Of a stretch of 64,000 nucleotides of DNA, positions 1 through 10,211 are shown in pieces. The position numbers and the translations under genes are program-made. Each line of letters opens with the position of its first letter. Positions within the stretch are counted from its first letter, which is position 1. The notes beneath the pieces were generated by a model, which saw nothing but the letters and a program-made list of their open reading frames with translations, was not told where the DNA came from and made no database searches. The stretch is from Candidatus Heimdallarchaeota archaeon (GTDB taxonomy: Archaea > Asgardarchaeota > Heimdallarchaeia > JABLTI01). The stretch is from contig JABCTZ010000026.1 in the NCBI GenBank assembly GCA_018238155.1, positions 64,001 through 128,000 of the forward strand. Reading direction: 5' to 3'.

Positions 1-975
1 TTGATAAGTAAATGCTTTTTTGAAATCATTATTTTTGAATAATCGTTTTAATCGTCTATGAACAATTCTTCTATTCTTATTTGTTCTCAAAGAGATTCCT
101 AGCGTATGATAATAAAAAATGGGTATATTATTCATTTGTGTTCTAATTTTATGAATAGTATCAAATTTTTCTCTTTCGGATAAATTATCAAGAACTTCGA
201 TTGAGTAATGATCGTAAGCACCCAATTTATCAATTTCTAGTTGAATGTTCTTCTGATAGATTTCATGTTGTTCTAATTTACCTTCAAGCGTATACCCTAA
301 TCGAACATTAGAAGCATGTGAAAGATAACTAATAGTTGGGTTTATTGTTTCTTTTCTGGGATATTTTTTAACTACTTTTTTACTCCACCTTAAAAAAAGC
401 ATAGAATGAAGCATGCGTTTTGGTCCTGTAAAAACATTGATGGCAAATTCTATGAATTTCTTATGTAATTTCTTGAATAGCAGTTTTTGTGAAACAATCT
501 TTATTCCCTTATCTTTACAGATTTCCTTAAGAATGTTGAACTGTTTATTTGAGGTATCTAGTAAAATAGAACTTGGGTTGATTTCTGTGATAATATTACT
601 AATTGCATCAACAAATGAAATAAACTCATGATCTCTAACATGGCCAAAAATCTTGTTCGGAAGAAACCACCAAGTATTCAAGTTGTCAATCAGAAAGTTT
701 TGAAGAAGGGATTCATTAATAATAATCTGTTTTGAAATACCTACAACAAATTCTCCTTGGAATTTCCTAGTTTGTTCAACAATATTAGAACTGATGAATT
801 CATCAAGATTTTTTGTTTTGATGTTCTGGATATCTGTGAGTGTGAAAGCACTGCCATCAGAATTAATTACATATGTAGAATCAAATTTTGATGATAATTC
901 TCTTAACTTGTTTTCTAACCAAAGAGAATTATTTCTTCTAGAGAATACCAGTAAAGTATCACTTTCACCATTCAT
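1..975 (-). CDS. Partial hypothetical protein of the glycan locus (runs off the window edge); possibly a glycosyl/sialyltransferase-like or capsule protein
   Basis: Stop-free minus-strand frame from ATG 975 (MNGESDTLLVFSRR...) to base 1, preceded by GCAGGT SD-like motif; absent from the ORF track because it has no stop; function from context only. Confidence 0.7.
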   Translation of the reverse strand, partial: MNGESDTLLVFSRRNNSLWLENKLRELSSKFDSTYVINSDGSAFTLTDIQNIKTKNLDEFISSNIVEQTRKFQGEFVVGISKQIIINESLLQNFLIDNLNTWWFLPNKIFGHVRDHEFISFVDAISNIITEINPSSILLDTSNKQFNILKEICKDKGIKIVSQKLLFKKLHKKFIEFAINVFTGPKRMLHSMLFLRWSKKVVKKYPRKETINPTISYLSHASNVRLGYTLEGKLEQHEIYQKNIQLEIDKLGAYDHYSIEVLDNLSEREKFDTIHKIRTQMNNIPIFYYHTLGISLRTNKNRRIVHRRLKRLFKNNDFKKAFTYQ

Positions 976-1138
976 TAAATTACCTGCACGATTTCCTTGA
1001 TTTTTCTATTATTAAAGATTATTAACAATAATAAATTTTATACAACTTACTTTGGATATTTATATAAGGATAAGAAGCTTGTAGGATAGATATCATTCAG
1101 AATAACACTAAGTAATTAGTTTAATTGAGGATAAAAGC

Positions 1139-2179
1139 ATGAAAACTTTTAGCATTGGTAAAAAGAAAATCGGCGATGGGCAACTTACATACATCGTTGG
1201 AGAAATGGCTTGGTCTCATGATGGTTCTATTGAAAACGCAAAGATAATAATTAAAGCAATTGCAGATGCTGGATGTGATGCTGTTAACTTCCATGTAACT
1301 TGTTTGGAGAATTACATGGTACCGCATTATCGACTTAAAGACAAGATTTCTGCTTATGATAATTTAGCTAAATTAACTTTGAATTTTGATGACTGGGAAA
1401 TACTTTTCGAAAATGCAAGAGAGCTTGGTTTGAAAATAAGTGCTCTTTGCAATGACTTAGAAAGCGTTGAATTCGTCAAGAAACAAAAAGCTGACATTAT
1501 AATGTTTCATGCTAGCGGTTTGACTGAGGAAGAATTAATTCGAAGAATTGGTCAGATAGGCAAACCAGTATTTTTTGCTGTTGGTGGTTCAACAGTAGAT
1601 GAGATACTACAAGCAATTAGATGGTTAAACGAAGAAGGTTGTGATGAAATTGCTTTATTGTATGGTATGCAAAACTATCCAACTAAATTAGAAGATAATA
1701 ATGCTAATTATTTAAAAACATTGAAGGATATTTTTGAGCGTCCCGTTGGGTTCTCTGACCATACAGAAGGTGAAGATCCTTTGGCACTCATTGTTCCTTT
1801 AATGGGAATTCCTCTTGGAGCAAATATTATAGAGAAGCATGTGACTTATGACAGATCAGCTAAAGGTATTGATTATATTGCTGCTTTAAATCCTGACGAA
1901 TTAGTTATTTTTGTCGATCATATCCGAAGAATTGAAACCATTTTTGGTAGTAGTAAAGTAATGGATTTGACAGAAGCTCAAAGAAGTTATAGACAAACTG
2001 TTAGAAAGAGAGCTGTTGCTATCACAGATATAAAAGCAGGTCAAGTAATCAAAGCAGAAGATATTCGTTATTTACGCTCAGATGAAGGGATTCAACCAGA
2101 GAATATTAAATTCTATTTGGGACGAAAAATAAAGAAAGATGTAAAGAAGTACGATCCCATAACAGCTGAATTATTCTAG
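1139..2179 (+). CDS. NeuB/SpsE-family nonulosonic acid synthase, divergent paralog, with C-terminal SAF/AFP-like domain
   Basis: GEMAWSHDGS, YPT, GFSDHT and IIEKH motifs; C-terminal RKRAVAITDIKAG...GIQP. Confidence 0.85.
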   Translation: MKTFSIGKKKIGDGQLTYIVGEMAWSHDGSIENAKIIIKAIADAGCDAVNFHVTCLENYMVPHYRLKDKISAYDNLAKLTLNFDDWEILFENARELGLKISALCNDLESVEFVKKQKADIIMFHASGLTEEELIRRIGQIGKPVFFAVGGSTVDEILQAIRWLNEEGCDEIALLYGMQNYPTKLEDNNANYLKTLKDIFERPVGFSDHTEGEDPLALIVPLMGIPLGANIIEKHVTYDRSAKGIDYIAALNPDELVIFVDHIRRIETIFGSSKVMDLTEAQRSYRQTVRKRAVAITDIKAGQVIKAEDIRYLRSDEGIQPENIKFYLGRKIKKDVKKYDPITAELF

Positions 2180-2209
2180 TAAATTAATCATGTAACTGAG
2201 GCGCAAAAA

Positions 2210-2962
2210 GTGAAAGTAGGATTCAGTATAACTGCAAGAATGAAGTCAACTCGATTACCTAATAAATTGACTCTTAAGATTCAAGACAGAGAAGTAATTG
2301 CTTTGATGCTTGATCGTCTCAAGCAAAGTGATGTATTGGATGAAATTATTATTGCTACATCAAATAACCCACAAGATGATATCTTATGTGAAATCGCTGC
2401 AAGAGAAGATATCAAATGCTTCAAAGGAAGCGAGGATGATGTTCTTGAGAGATTATATTATGCAGCAAAAGAGTTTGATGTGGACTTTCTTCTAAATATC
2501 ACTGGTGATTGTCCTTTGGTTTCATTTGATTTCATAAAAGATATTGTTCAGTTATACAAAGATACCAATGCTGACTTAATTACATCCTTCGATTTACCTC
2601 ATGGTTTCTTTATTTATGGCATGAAGATTGATGCAATTAAGAAAGTCTTAGAAATCAAAAAGGGAACTGATACAGAAGTTTGGGGTACATATTTCATAGA
2701 TTCAGGACTATTTGAGGTTAAAACATTAAATGTACCAAAATCATTCATAAGAAAACACTATCGTTTAACATTAGATTATCCTGAGGATTTCGAGTTCTTC
2801 CAAGCAGTTTATAATGGTCTTGGAAAGGAAGCATATAAAAAATCAACTGAGGAAATTATTTCATTTCTTGATGATCATCCAGAAATAGTAAAAATCAATG
2901 AACATTGTGAAGAAAAGTATAAGAAACGATGGGAAGAACAAAGGAAGCTAGATTTGAAATGA
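2210..2962 (+). CDS. SpsF-like cytidylyltransferase (CMP-nonulosonic acid synthetase family)
   Basis: ARMKSTRLPNK, GSEDDVLER, ITGDCPL and RLTLDYPED motifs. Confidence 0.88.
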   Translation: MKVGFSITARMKSTRLPNKLTLKIQDREVIALMLDRLKQSDVLDEIIIATSNNPQDDILCEIAAREDIKCFKGSEDDVLERLYYAAKEFDVDFLLNITGDCPLVSFDFIKDIVQLYKDTNADLITSFDLPHGFFIYGMKIDAIKKVLEIKKGTDTEVWGTYFIDSGLFEVKTLNVPKSFIRKHYRLTLDYPEDFEFFQAVYNGLGKEAYKKSTEEIISFLDDHPEIVKINEHCEEKYKKRWEEQRKLDLK

Positions 2963-3942
2963 AAATTGGTATCATTGGATTAGGTTCAATTGGTCAAAGG
3001 CATGTTAGATGCCTTCAGCTATTAGGAATCAAAGACATCGTTGCTTATAGAACAAAAAAAGGGACCACAAAGAAATTACCAGCTGATTTAGTTAATATCA
3101 AAGAGGTATTTACTGAAAGTGATTTTTACGCAGAAGATTTGGACGGAGTAATAATAGCTAATCCAACTTCACTTCATATTAAATCATTGAAACAAGCATT
3201 AGAGCACGAATTACCTATTTTCGTTGAAAAACCAATCGCAAATTCAGTGAAACAATTGGAAGAAATAAATCAATATGATAGAAGTAAAATTATGGTTGGT
3301 TTCTGTTTAAGATTTCATGGAATTACGAAAGCTATTAAGCAGTTTATTTCAGAAGAGAAACTGGGTGAGATTGTAAAAGCAAACTTGTATGTTGGTCAAT
3401 ATCTTCCAACATGGCATCCAGATACAGATTATAAAGCTGAATATTATTCACGAAAAGATCTCGGTGGAGGAGCTCTCAGAACTTTATCGCATGAAATTGA
3501 TTTAATGGTTCATTTCTTTGGGAAGCCAATTGAATTGTGTGCATCAGTTGATAAATTGTCGGAATTAGAAATAGATGTAGATGATAATGCAATTATTCTT
3601 AATAGAATGGATAATGGTTCATTAATTACAGTTGAACTAGATTTCTTGAATCCAATTTCAACTAGAAAAGGAGTGATTTTCGGTTCAAAAGGAAAACTAG
3701 AATATTCATTTTCTGAATTAACGGTTAATTTTACTGGTTATTCAAACAACAGCGAAGTCATTTATCACAACACAGAATTAGATTCAAATCAGATGTATGT
3801 TGATCAAATGAGAGATTTCATTGAATTAATGAAGAAGAAGAAAAGTATTCAATGCACATTTGACGGTAGTGTTATTATAATGAATATAATCAAGTTAGCT
3901 GAAGAATCTTCCAAAAAGAAATCTTGGATTAAAATGGATTAA
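2959..3942 (+). CDS. Gfo/Idh/MocA-family oxidoreductase (PtmF/ElaA-like)
   Basis: GLGSIG Rossmann motif, EKP, GGGALRTLSHEID; ATG 2959 overlaps the upstream stop (ATGA). Confidence 0.88.
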   Translation: MKIGIIGLGSIGQRHVRCLQLLGIKDIVAYRTKKGTTKKLPADLVNIKEVFTESDFYAEDLDGVIIANPTSLHIKSLKQALEHELPIFVEKPIANSVKQLEEINQYDRSKIMVGFCLRFHGITKAIKQFISEEKLGEIVKANLYVGQYLPTWHPDTDYKAEYYSRKDLGGGALRTLSHEIDLMVHFFGKPIELCASVDKLSELEIDVDDNAIILNRMDNGSLITVELDFLNPISTRKGVIFGSKGKLEYSFSELTVNFTGYSNNSEVIYHNTELDSNQMYVDQMRDFIELMKKKKSIQCTFDGSVIIMNIIKLAEESSKKKSWIKMD

Positions 3943-3964
3943 TAGATTGACAGGTTGAAATAAC

Positions 3965-4792
3965 ATGAGAAACTTATTTGATCTTGATGACAGAGTAGCT
4001 ATTGTTTTTGGTGGTAATGGATATCTCGGAAAACAATTCTGTAAAATATTGTTGGAATATGGAGCAAAAGTGTACAATTGTGATGTAGCCTTTTCGGAAC
4101 AAGGAGATTCCGATAAACTTTTGAAAGATTACGCAAAAAAATATTTCCAAATGAAAGTTGACGCTTCCAATAAAGAAGAACTTCAGAAATTAAAAAAGGA
4201 TATAATGAAAAAAGAAAAAACAGTTGATATTTTGGTGAACTCAATAACTATGAAGGGAAATGATTTCTATCTGCCGTTCGATGAGGTTTCACTAGAAGGT
4301 TGGAATATTGGATTAATGGGTAACTTGACCATTCCTTTCCTGACAATTCAAACGTTTATTCCCATCATGAAGGATCAGAAAAGCGGATCAATAATAAATA
4401 TCTCATCACATTATGGAATGGTTGGAAACGATCAGCGAATCTATGAAGGTTCAAATTTGCATGAAATTTATGTTAAAGACTCACCAGACCTAAAACGCAT
4501 TTATTCTCATGGTGTATACAATGCAGCAAAAGGTGGTTTAATCAACTTCACAAAATATTTGGCTGCATACTATGGTGAACAAAATATACGAGTTAATTGT
4601 CTTTCTCCCGGAGGAGTTTATTATGAATCCGAAAATGAAACATTTTTGAACAAATATTCAAGTAAAGTTCCTCTTGGTCGAAAAGCTAACCGAGATGAGA
4701 TAAATGGTGCACTGATCTTTCTTGCATCAAACGCCTCAACTTACGTTACAGGTCACAATTTAGTGGTAGATGGTGGATATACAATCTGGTAA
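3965..4792 (+). CDS. Short-chain dehydrogenase/reductase (PtmA/ElaC-like)
   Basis: GGNGYLG, YNAAK catalytic motif, IRVNCLSPGG, VVDGG. Confidence 0.88.
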   Translation: MRNLFDLDDRVAIVFGGNGYLGKQFCKILLEYGAKVYNCDVAFSEQGDSDKLLKDYAKKYFQMKVDASNKEELQKLKKDIMKKEKTVDILVNSITMKGNDFYLPFDEVSLEGWNIGLMGNLTIPFLTIQTFIPIMKDQKSGSIINISSHYGMVGNDQRIYEGSNLHEIYVKDSPDLKRIYSHGVYNAAKGGLINFTKYLAAYYGEQNIRVNCLSPGGVYYESENETFLNKYSSKVPLGRKANRDEINGALIFLASNASTYVTGHNLVVDGGYTIW

Positions 4793-4825
4793 AGTATTTT
4801 GATATTTTTTCCACATCTATAGTTA

Positions 4826-5449
4826 TTATTCTTTAATTTTCGCAGGAACACCATATGCTGTACAATTATCTGGTAAATCTTTGATAACCACTGCACCAGC
4901 ACCTACTACAACATCATTACCAATCGACATATTTGGTATAACTGCTGCACCTGTTCCTATCAAAGTTCTTTCACCGACATGAACTGTACCAGAGAGATTT
5001 GCTCCAGGAGAAATAAAAGTGAATTTTCCTAATATGCAATCATGATCAATTGTAGCACCAGTGTTGATAATAACTCCATCACCAATTTGAGTATCAGCGT
5101 TGATTATTGCGCCTGCCGTAACTAATATTCCTTGACCTAGCTTAACAGATTTTGAAATGATGGTCTTAGAATGAATTGCATTTACAATTGTGTAATGTTT
5201 TGCAAGTGTTTCGAATATTTCACTGCGAATCTTATTGTTCCCTATAGCTATAAATATTCCTTTTGCTTGACCTTTTAGTTTTCCAAGCAGGTCATCGATA
5301 CTTCCTACAACAGGCAATCCATAAAATGTGGAATCATGTTTTGTAGTATTATCATCAATATAACCCAAAACTTCATGCGTACCTGATGATTTTATTGCAT
5401 CCAAACAAACTTTACCATGACCACCGGCACCAATAATATATATCTTCAT
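4826..5449 (-). CDS. neuD: NeuD/PglD/LegH-type sugar acetyltransferase (hexapeptide repeat)
   Basis: IIGAGGHG, AIGNN, IDHDC, left-handed beta-helix repeats, GVPAK. Confidence 0.88.
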   Translation of the reverse strand: MKIYIIGAGGHGKVCLDAIKSSGTHEVLGYIDDNTTKHDSTFYGLPVVGSIDDLLGKLKGQAKGIFIAIGNNKIRSEIFETLAKHYTIVNAIHSKTIISKSVKLGQGILVTAGAIINADTQIGDGVIINTGATIDHDCILGKFTFISPGANLSGTVHVGERTLIGTGAAVIPNMSIGNDVVVGAGAVVIKDLPDNCTAYGVPAKIKE

Positions 5450-5473
5450 TATTCTTCACACTCGGAATATTAA

Positions 5474-6607
5474 TTATTTTTTCTCAACCATTTTTCTATT
5501 GATTGCTATACTTGAAAGTATATTAACTATTTTTTCGCTAGAATTTCCAGATCCATAAGGATGTTCGCACTCTCTAATCTTATCCTTGTGTTTCTCAGTT
5601 AAGCTTAATTTTATGGCGTTCAAGATTTCTTTCTTGTTATTGGAGACATCAAGAACATAGTCAGCTTTTTCTCTATTCAGTTGCCGGGTACCAATATTAA
5701 CTACTGCAATCTTCATTGCGGGAGCTTCGATAATTCCACTACTAGAATTTCCTATTATAACATCAGAACAGGCCATAATCCCAAGGTACAAATCCCGTGG
5801 TATATTCTTATAGGTTTTCAGAAATGGAAGTGTTTCATATTCTTTGATGACCTTGATCATCGCTCTTCCACCTGCATCTGAATTCGGATAAATCAAGATG
5901 CATTGTTTCTTGAGTTCAGAAATCGCTTCTAGAGTTTCTTTAATTTGGTTTGCACTTTCTTCAACTTCAAATGTATTTGGATGTTGAACAACTAATAATA
6001 ATTCCTCATCTGGATTAATACCTAGTTTCTTTACAACCTTCTCTTTAGAAGCATATTCTTTAACGTAAATTGGATTAAGACCAGGAGCTCCGACAACGTA
6101 AATATTCTCTGGTCTTTCATCCATAGCGATTATTCTTTCTCTGCTCTTTTTTGTAGCAGGTAAATGAATACTAGCAATCTTTGTTATCGCATTTCGATTC
6201 AAATCATCTATTGTACCCGATTGCTCGCCACCATGTAAATGTGCAGTTGGGATATTCATGTGAGAGGCAGCAATAGCTGCTGCAAGCATTTCCCCTCTGT
6301 CTCCTAGAAGAAGAACAATATCGGGTTTTTTCTCAGTAAAGCCTTTGGTGAATCCTATAATTGCCTTACCAATTAATCGAGCCATCGCTGCTCCTGTATC
6401 TTCATTTTCTAGAGATTCGATTTCAACATCTACTTTGAAACCTAATTCTTTGATCAAATTAATTGTACGACCAAATTCTTCAGATAAGTGCATTCCTGTC
6501 GCAAAAAGTGATAACTCAAGATTGGGTTCAGCGATTATTTTTTTAATAATTGGAATATAAATACCGAAATCAGCTCTTGTTCCCGTAATTATACAAATTT
6601 TTCTCAT
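5474..6607 (-). CDS. neuC: Hydrolysing NDP-N-acetylhexosamine 2-epimerase (NeuC/LegG)
   Basis: ITGTRAD, TGMHL, LGDRGE, HLHGGE and GNSSSG motifs; likely start MRKICI. Confidence 0.92.
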   Translation of the reverse strand: MRKICIITGTRADFGIYIPIIKKIIAEPNLELSLFATGMHLSEEFGRTINLIKELGFKVDVEIESLENEDTGAAMARLIGKAIIGFTKGFTEKKPDIVLLLGDRGEMLAAAIAASHMNIPTAHLHGGEQSGTIDDLNRNAITKIASIHLPATKKSRERIIAMDERPENIYVVGAPGLNPIYVKEYASKEKVVKKLGINPDEELLLVVQHPNTFEVEESANQIKETLEAISELKKQCILIYPNSDAGGRAMIKVIKEYETLPFLKTYKNIPRDLYLGIMACSDVIIGNSSSGIIEAPAMKIAVVNIGTRQLNREKADYVLDVSNNKKEILNAIKLSLTEKHKDKIRECEHPYGSGNSSEKIVNILSSIAINRKMVEKK

Positions 6608-6633
6608 ACTATTTGCACCTTTGCAGTCGAAGC

Positions 6634-7680
6634 TTAAATCATATCCCAAGTTATTACTTGATCTATTTCAATATCAATTCTCGTTTGCTGTCCTAAAACA
6701 ATTTTCCAATATTTGGGAGAAATGCCTTTACCAGGTCTTTTTACTGTTAACATTTCTTCTGTGAGAACTGTTCCTTTAGGGATGGCAATAGAAGCGGTTA
6801 TGCTTTTTCTAGCAACAGCTTTAATTGGAATTTCATTTGAAAGTAAACGTTTTACAGGACTGCCCATTGATGCTTCAACATTTCTAATTCCATCAATCAT
6901 TGCTTTCATTTCTTGTGGTTCAAGAGAAGCTTTGTGATCAGGTCCTGGAAGATTTTTATCTAAAGTGAAATGCTTTTCAATAACTTTCGCTCCAAGAGCA
7001 ACTGCTGCGATTGGTACAGCTATCCCAGGTGTATGGTCTGAGAAACCTATTAGTACGTCGAAGGCCTGTTGGAAAGTTTGCAATACTCTTAGATGAACAT
7101 CCTCGAATTTTGCTGGATAACTAGTTACACAATGAAGAAGAAGAATATCATCACAACCTCCTTCACGAACCCATTTTATGGATTCCTCCACATCACCTAG
7201 ACTTGACATACCTGAAGAAAGTATTACTGGAGTATTCAATTTAGCAATCATTGTTAGTAATGGGTAGTTATCTACATCACCAGAGCCAATTTTGAAAGCG
7301 GAAGTTTTAAGCTCTTGCAACAATTTTGCACTTTCAATGCCATAAGGAGTTGAGAAACATTCGATTGTTTTATCCTTACAATAACCAAAAACTTTCTTTG
7401 TGTCTTCTTTTGAAAGTTCTAACTTCTTGAGCATATCATATTGAGTTTCATCTTTATCAGTTAGATCTTTTTGATAAGCAGCTTTCGGCGCATCTTTCTG
7501 AGCCAAATTTTCTGCTTTGAATGTTTGGAATTTGATTGCATTTGCTCCAAACTCTATTGCTGCATCAACCATCTTATAAGCAGTTGCTAAATCGCCATTA
7601 TGATTAACACCAGCTTCAGCAATAATAAAAGCAGGATGATTTTTTCCAACTAATGTCTTACCAATTTTTACTTCCTTCAT
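6634..7680 (-). CDS. neuB: Canonical NeuB/LegI nonulosonic acid synthase
   Basis: AEAGVNHNG, KFQTF, KIGSGD, SDHT, EKHFTLD, GPDH and SAF domain; likely start MKEVKIG. Confidence 0.93.
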   Translation of the reverse strand: MKEVKIGKTLVGKNHPAFIIAEAGVNHNGDLATAYKMVDAAIEFGANAIKFQTFKAENLAQKDAPKAAYQKDLTDKDETQYDMLKKLELSKEDTKKVFGYCKDKTIECFSTPYGIESAKLLQELKTSAFKIGSGDVDNYPLLTMIAKLNTPVILSSGMSSLGDVEESIKWVREGGCDDILLLHCVTSYPAKFEDVHLRVLQTFQQAFDVLIGFSDHTPGIAVPIAAVALGAKVIEKHFTLDKNLPGPDHKASLEPQEMKAMIDGIRNVEASMGSPVKRLLSNEIPIKAVARKSITASIAIPKGTVLTEEMLTVKRPGKGISPKYWKIVLGQQTRIDIEIDQVITWDMI

Positions 7681-7878
7681 TTTGTTCTTCCTCACTCTTA
7701 TGATGGAATAATGAGTTTTTGCTTGTTTAATTACTTTCTTCTCGCTCAATAAATTTAACTGAACTGCTATGGATAAAATCTAATTTAAGTCAAACGATTG
7801 TTAGGAACATAGTAATAAATAAATAACTAGACTTGAATCTACAATAACATAAGTGAAAAAGTATCTAACATCAAGGAG

Positions 7879-9021
7879 ATGACAATAGTGGCATGGAAAA
7901 TACCTTTGTTTAAAATCTATTGGGATGAAGATGATGTAGAAGCAGTTTCTAACGTTATCAGAAGAGGAACATATTGGGCTAATGGTAAAGAAATTCCTGA
8001 ATTTGAAGAAGAAATTGCTAAATTTGTAGGGACAAAATATGCAGTAGCTTTTAATTCAGGGACATCTGCTCTTCATGCTTTGTTTCTAGCTTATGATATT
8101 CAATCATCAGAGGTTATCGTTCCATCCTTCACATTTATAGCTACCGCGAATTCAGTTTTGATGGCAAATGGGAAAGTAGTTTTCGCGGAAGTAGAAACAG
8201 ACAGCTTTGGTTTAGATGCAAATGATGTTAATGAAAAAATTAACAAGAAAACAAAAGCAATTATGCCAGTGCATATTGCAGGGCAACCGTGTAAGGATAT
8301 TAAAGAATTAACTGATATTGCTCAAGATAAGAATTTATTACTTCTAGAAGATGCTGCTCAAACTCTAGGATCATACAATAAATATGGAAAATCAGGTGCT
8401 TTTGGTGATGCTGCCATGTTTAGCTTCTGTCAAAATAAAGTTATAACAACAGGAGAAGGTGGTCTGTTAGTTCTTGATGATGAGAAAATCTATGAAAAAT
8501 TGAAGCTTATTCGATCACATGGTCGACTGGAAAGTTCAAAAAATGATTATTTTTCTAATATAAATGATAACGAGTATATTCAAATTGGATTTAATTTCAG
8601 AATGTCAAGTATGACAGCAGCACTTGGATTGGCACAATATCGAAAAATCTCAAAAGTTCTTGAAATAAGAAAGCAAAAGGCAGCATATCTCAACGAACAT
8701 TTAGGGAAACTAGAAGGACTAACAGTACCTAAAGCATTTAACGATGCAAATCATATCTATCAACTTTATATTCTAAGATTTGCAGAGAATAATTTGAGAG
8801 ACAAAGTGCAACAACATCTGCAAGATAAGGGCGTTATGTCCAAAGTCTACTTCAATCCCATTCACCTAAAGGAATTTTATCGAAAAACATTTAGTTACAA
8901 AGAAGGAGATTTGCCAGTAACTGAAGATTTGTCAACCAAAGTCTTATCTTTGCCAATGTTTAATGATCTGACAACAGATGAAATGGATTACATGATTGAC
9001 AGTATAAAGGAAGTGTTATGA
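7879..9021 (+). CDS. DegT/DnrJ/EryC1 PLP-dependent sugar aminotransferase (LegC-like role)
   Basis: NSGTSAL, EDAAQ, FSFCQNKVITTGEGG. Confidence 0.92.
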   Translation: MTIVAWKIPLFKIYWDEDDVEAVSNVIRRGTYWANGKEIPEFEEEIAKFVGTKYAVAFNSGTSALHALFLAYDIQSSEVIVPSFTFIATANSVLMANGKVVFAEVETDSFGLDANDVNEKINKKTKAIMPVHIAGQPCKDIKELTDIAQDKNLLLLEDAAQTLGSYNKYGKSGAFGDAAMFSFCQNKVITTGEGGLLVLDDEKIYEKLKLIRSHGRLESSKNDYFSNINDNEYIQIGFNFRMSSMTAALGLAQYRKISKVLEIRKQKAAYLNEHLGKLEGLTVPKAFNDANHIYQLYILRFAENNLRDKVQQHLQDKGVMSKVYFNPIHLKEFYRKTFSYKEGDLPVTEDLSTKVLSLPMFNDLTTDEMDYMIDSIKEVL

Positions 9022-10095
9022 GTGAACGTTGATGAGAAAGAGCTAAAAAATGTCTTCAAAGGTAAAAAAATCTTAGTAACTGGTGGTACAGGTTCAATTG
9101 GTAGTCAGATTGTTTTTAGATTGCTTAAATATGAGCCAGAAGTAATTCGTGTGTTTGCCAATGATGAAAATGCTATTTTCCTTATGCAACAAGAATTGAA
9201 AGACCATGACAATCTACGTTTTCTATTAGGAGATATCAGAGATAGTAAGCGATTAATTAGAGCACTAGAAGATATTGAGATAGTTTTTCATGCAGCAGCA
9301 TTAAAGCATGTTCCCCTTTGTGAGTACAATCCATTTGAAGCTGTACAAACGAACGTTCTAGGTACCCAGAATTTGATTGATGCAGCATTAAAAGTAGGAG
9401 TGAAGAAGGTAATCAACATAAGTACGGATAAAGCTGTAAATCCTGCAAATACAATGGGAGCTACTAAATTATTAGCTGAAAAGTTAATAATTGATGCTAA
9501 CTTTTATCGAGGAGATAAAGAGACAGTTTTTGCAAATGTAAGATTTGGCAATGTTTTATACTCAAGAGGATCTGTTCTTCGAATCTTTGAAGAAGAAATC
9601 ATCAATAATAAGCCAATAACAGTCACAGATCCAAATATGACAAGGTTCATGATGTCAATTACAGATACAATTAATTTAGTTTTTAAAGCAACACAAATGG
9701 CTCTAAATGGTGAAATCTTCATTTTAAAAATGCCTGTAATAAGAACGGGTGATTTGGCTACTGCTGTTATCGAGAAAACAACTAAAGAGTTGGGGAAAAA
9801 GAAGAGTGATGTCAAAATAGTTGAGGTAGGCAGACGTCCTGGTGAAAAGGTATTCGAAGAGCTTATGACAGAAACAGAAGCAGGTTTTGCCTTAGAAACT
9901 GAAGAGATGTTTATCGTGTTACCACAGCTGAATATTCATGGTTTAATAATGGACCCTGTAGAGTATAAGAATTCGAAGGAAACCGAAATACATCGTTATG
10001 CCTCATCAGATTTTGAACCTCTATCTAAAGATGAGATAATTAAATTACTAATTAAAAGCAGAGAAAATAGTACGTTAGAGTTCTTAAAAAATTAA
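9022..10095 (+). CDS. NDP-N-acetylhexosamine 4,6-dehydratase (CapD/PseB/LegB-like polysaccharide biosynthesis protein)
   Basis: TGGTGSIG, HAAALKHV, STDKAV, MGATK, VRFGNV, RPGEK. Confidence 0.9.
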   Translation: MNVDEKELKNVFKGKKILVTGGTGSIGSQIVFRLLKYEPEVIRVFANDENAIFLMQQELKDHDNLRFLLGDIRDSKRLIRALEDIEIVFHAAALKHVPLCEYNPFEAVQTNVLGTQNLIDAALKVGVKKVINISTDKAVNPANTMGATKLLAEKLIIDANFYRGDKETVFANVRFGNVLYSRGSVLRIFEEEIINNKPITVTDPNMTRFMMSITDTINLVFKATQMALNGEIFILKMPVIRTGDLATAVIEKTTKELGKKKSDVKIVEVGRRPGEKVFEELMTETEAGFALETEEMFIVLPQLNIHGLIMDPVEYKNSKETEIHRYASSDFEPLSKDEIIKLLIKSRENSTLEFLKN

Positions 10096-10211
10096 CAAAA
10101 ATCTCATCCAAACTTTTTGGCAAAGATTATATGTGAAACCCTTATCAAACATAGCAAAATAGAGAATAAGTTTTATAAGGATTTTAGGCAAATTATTTTT
10201 TGTGATTTATC

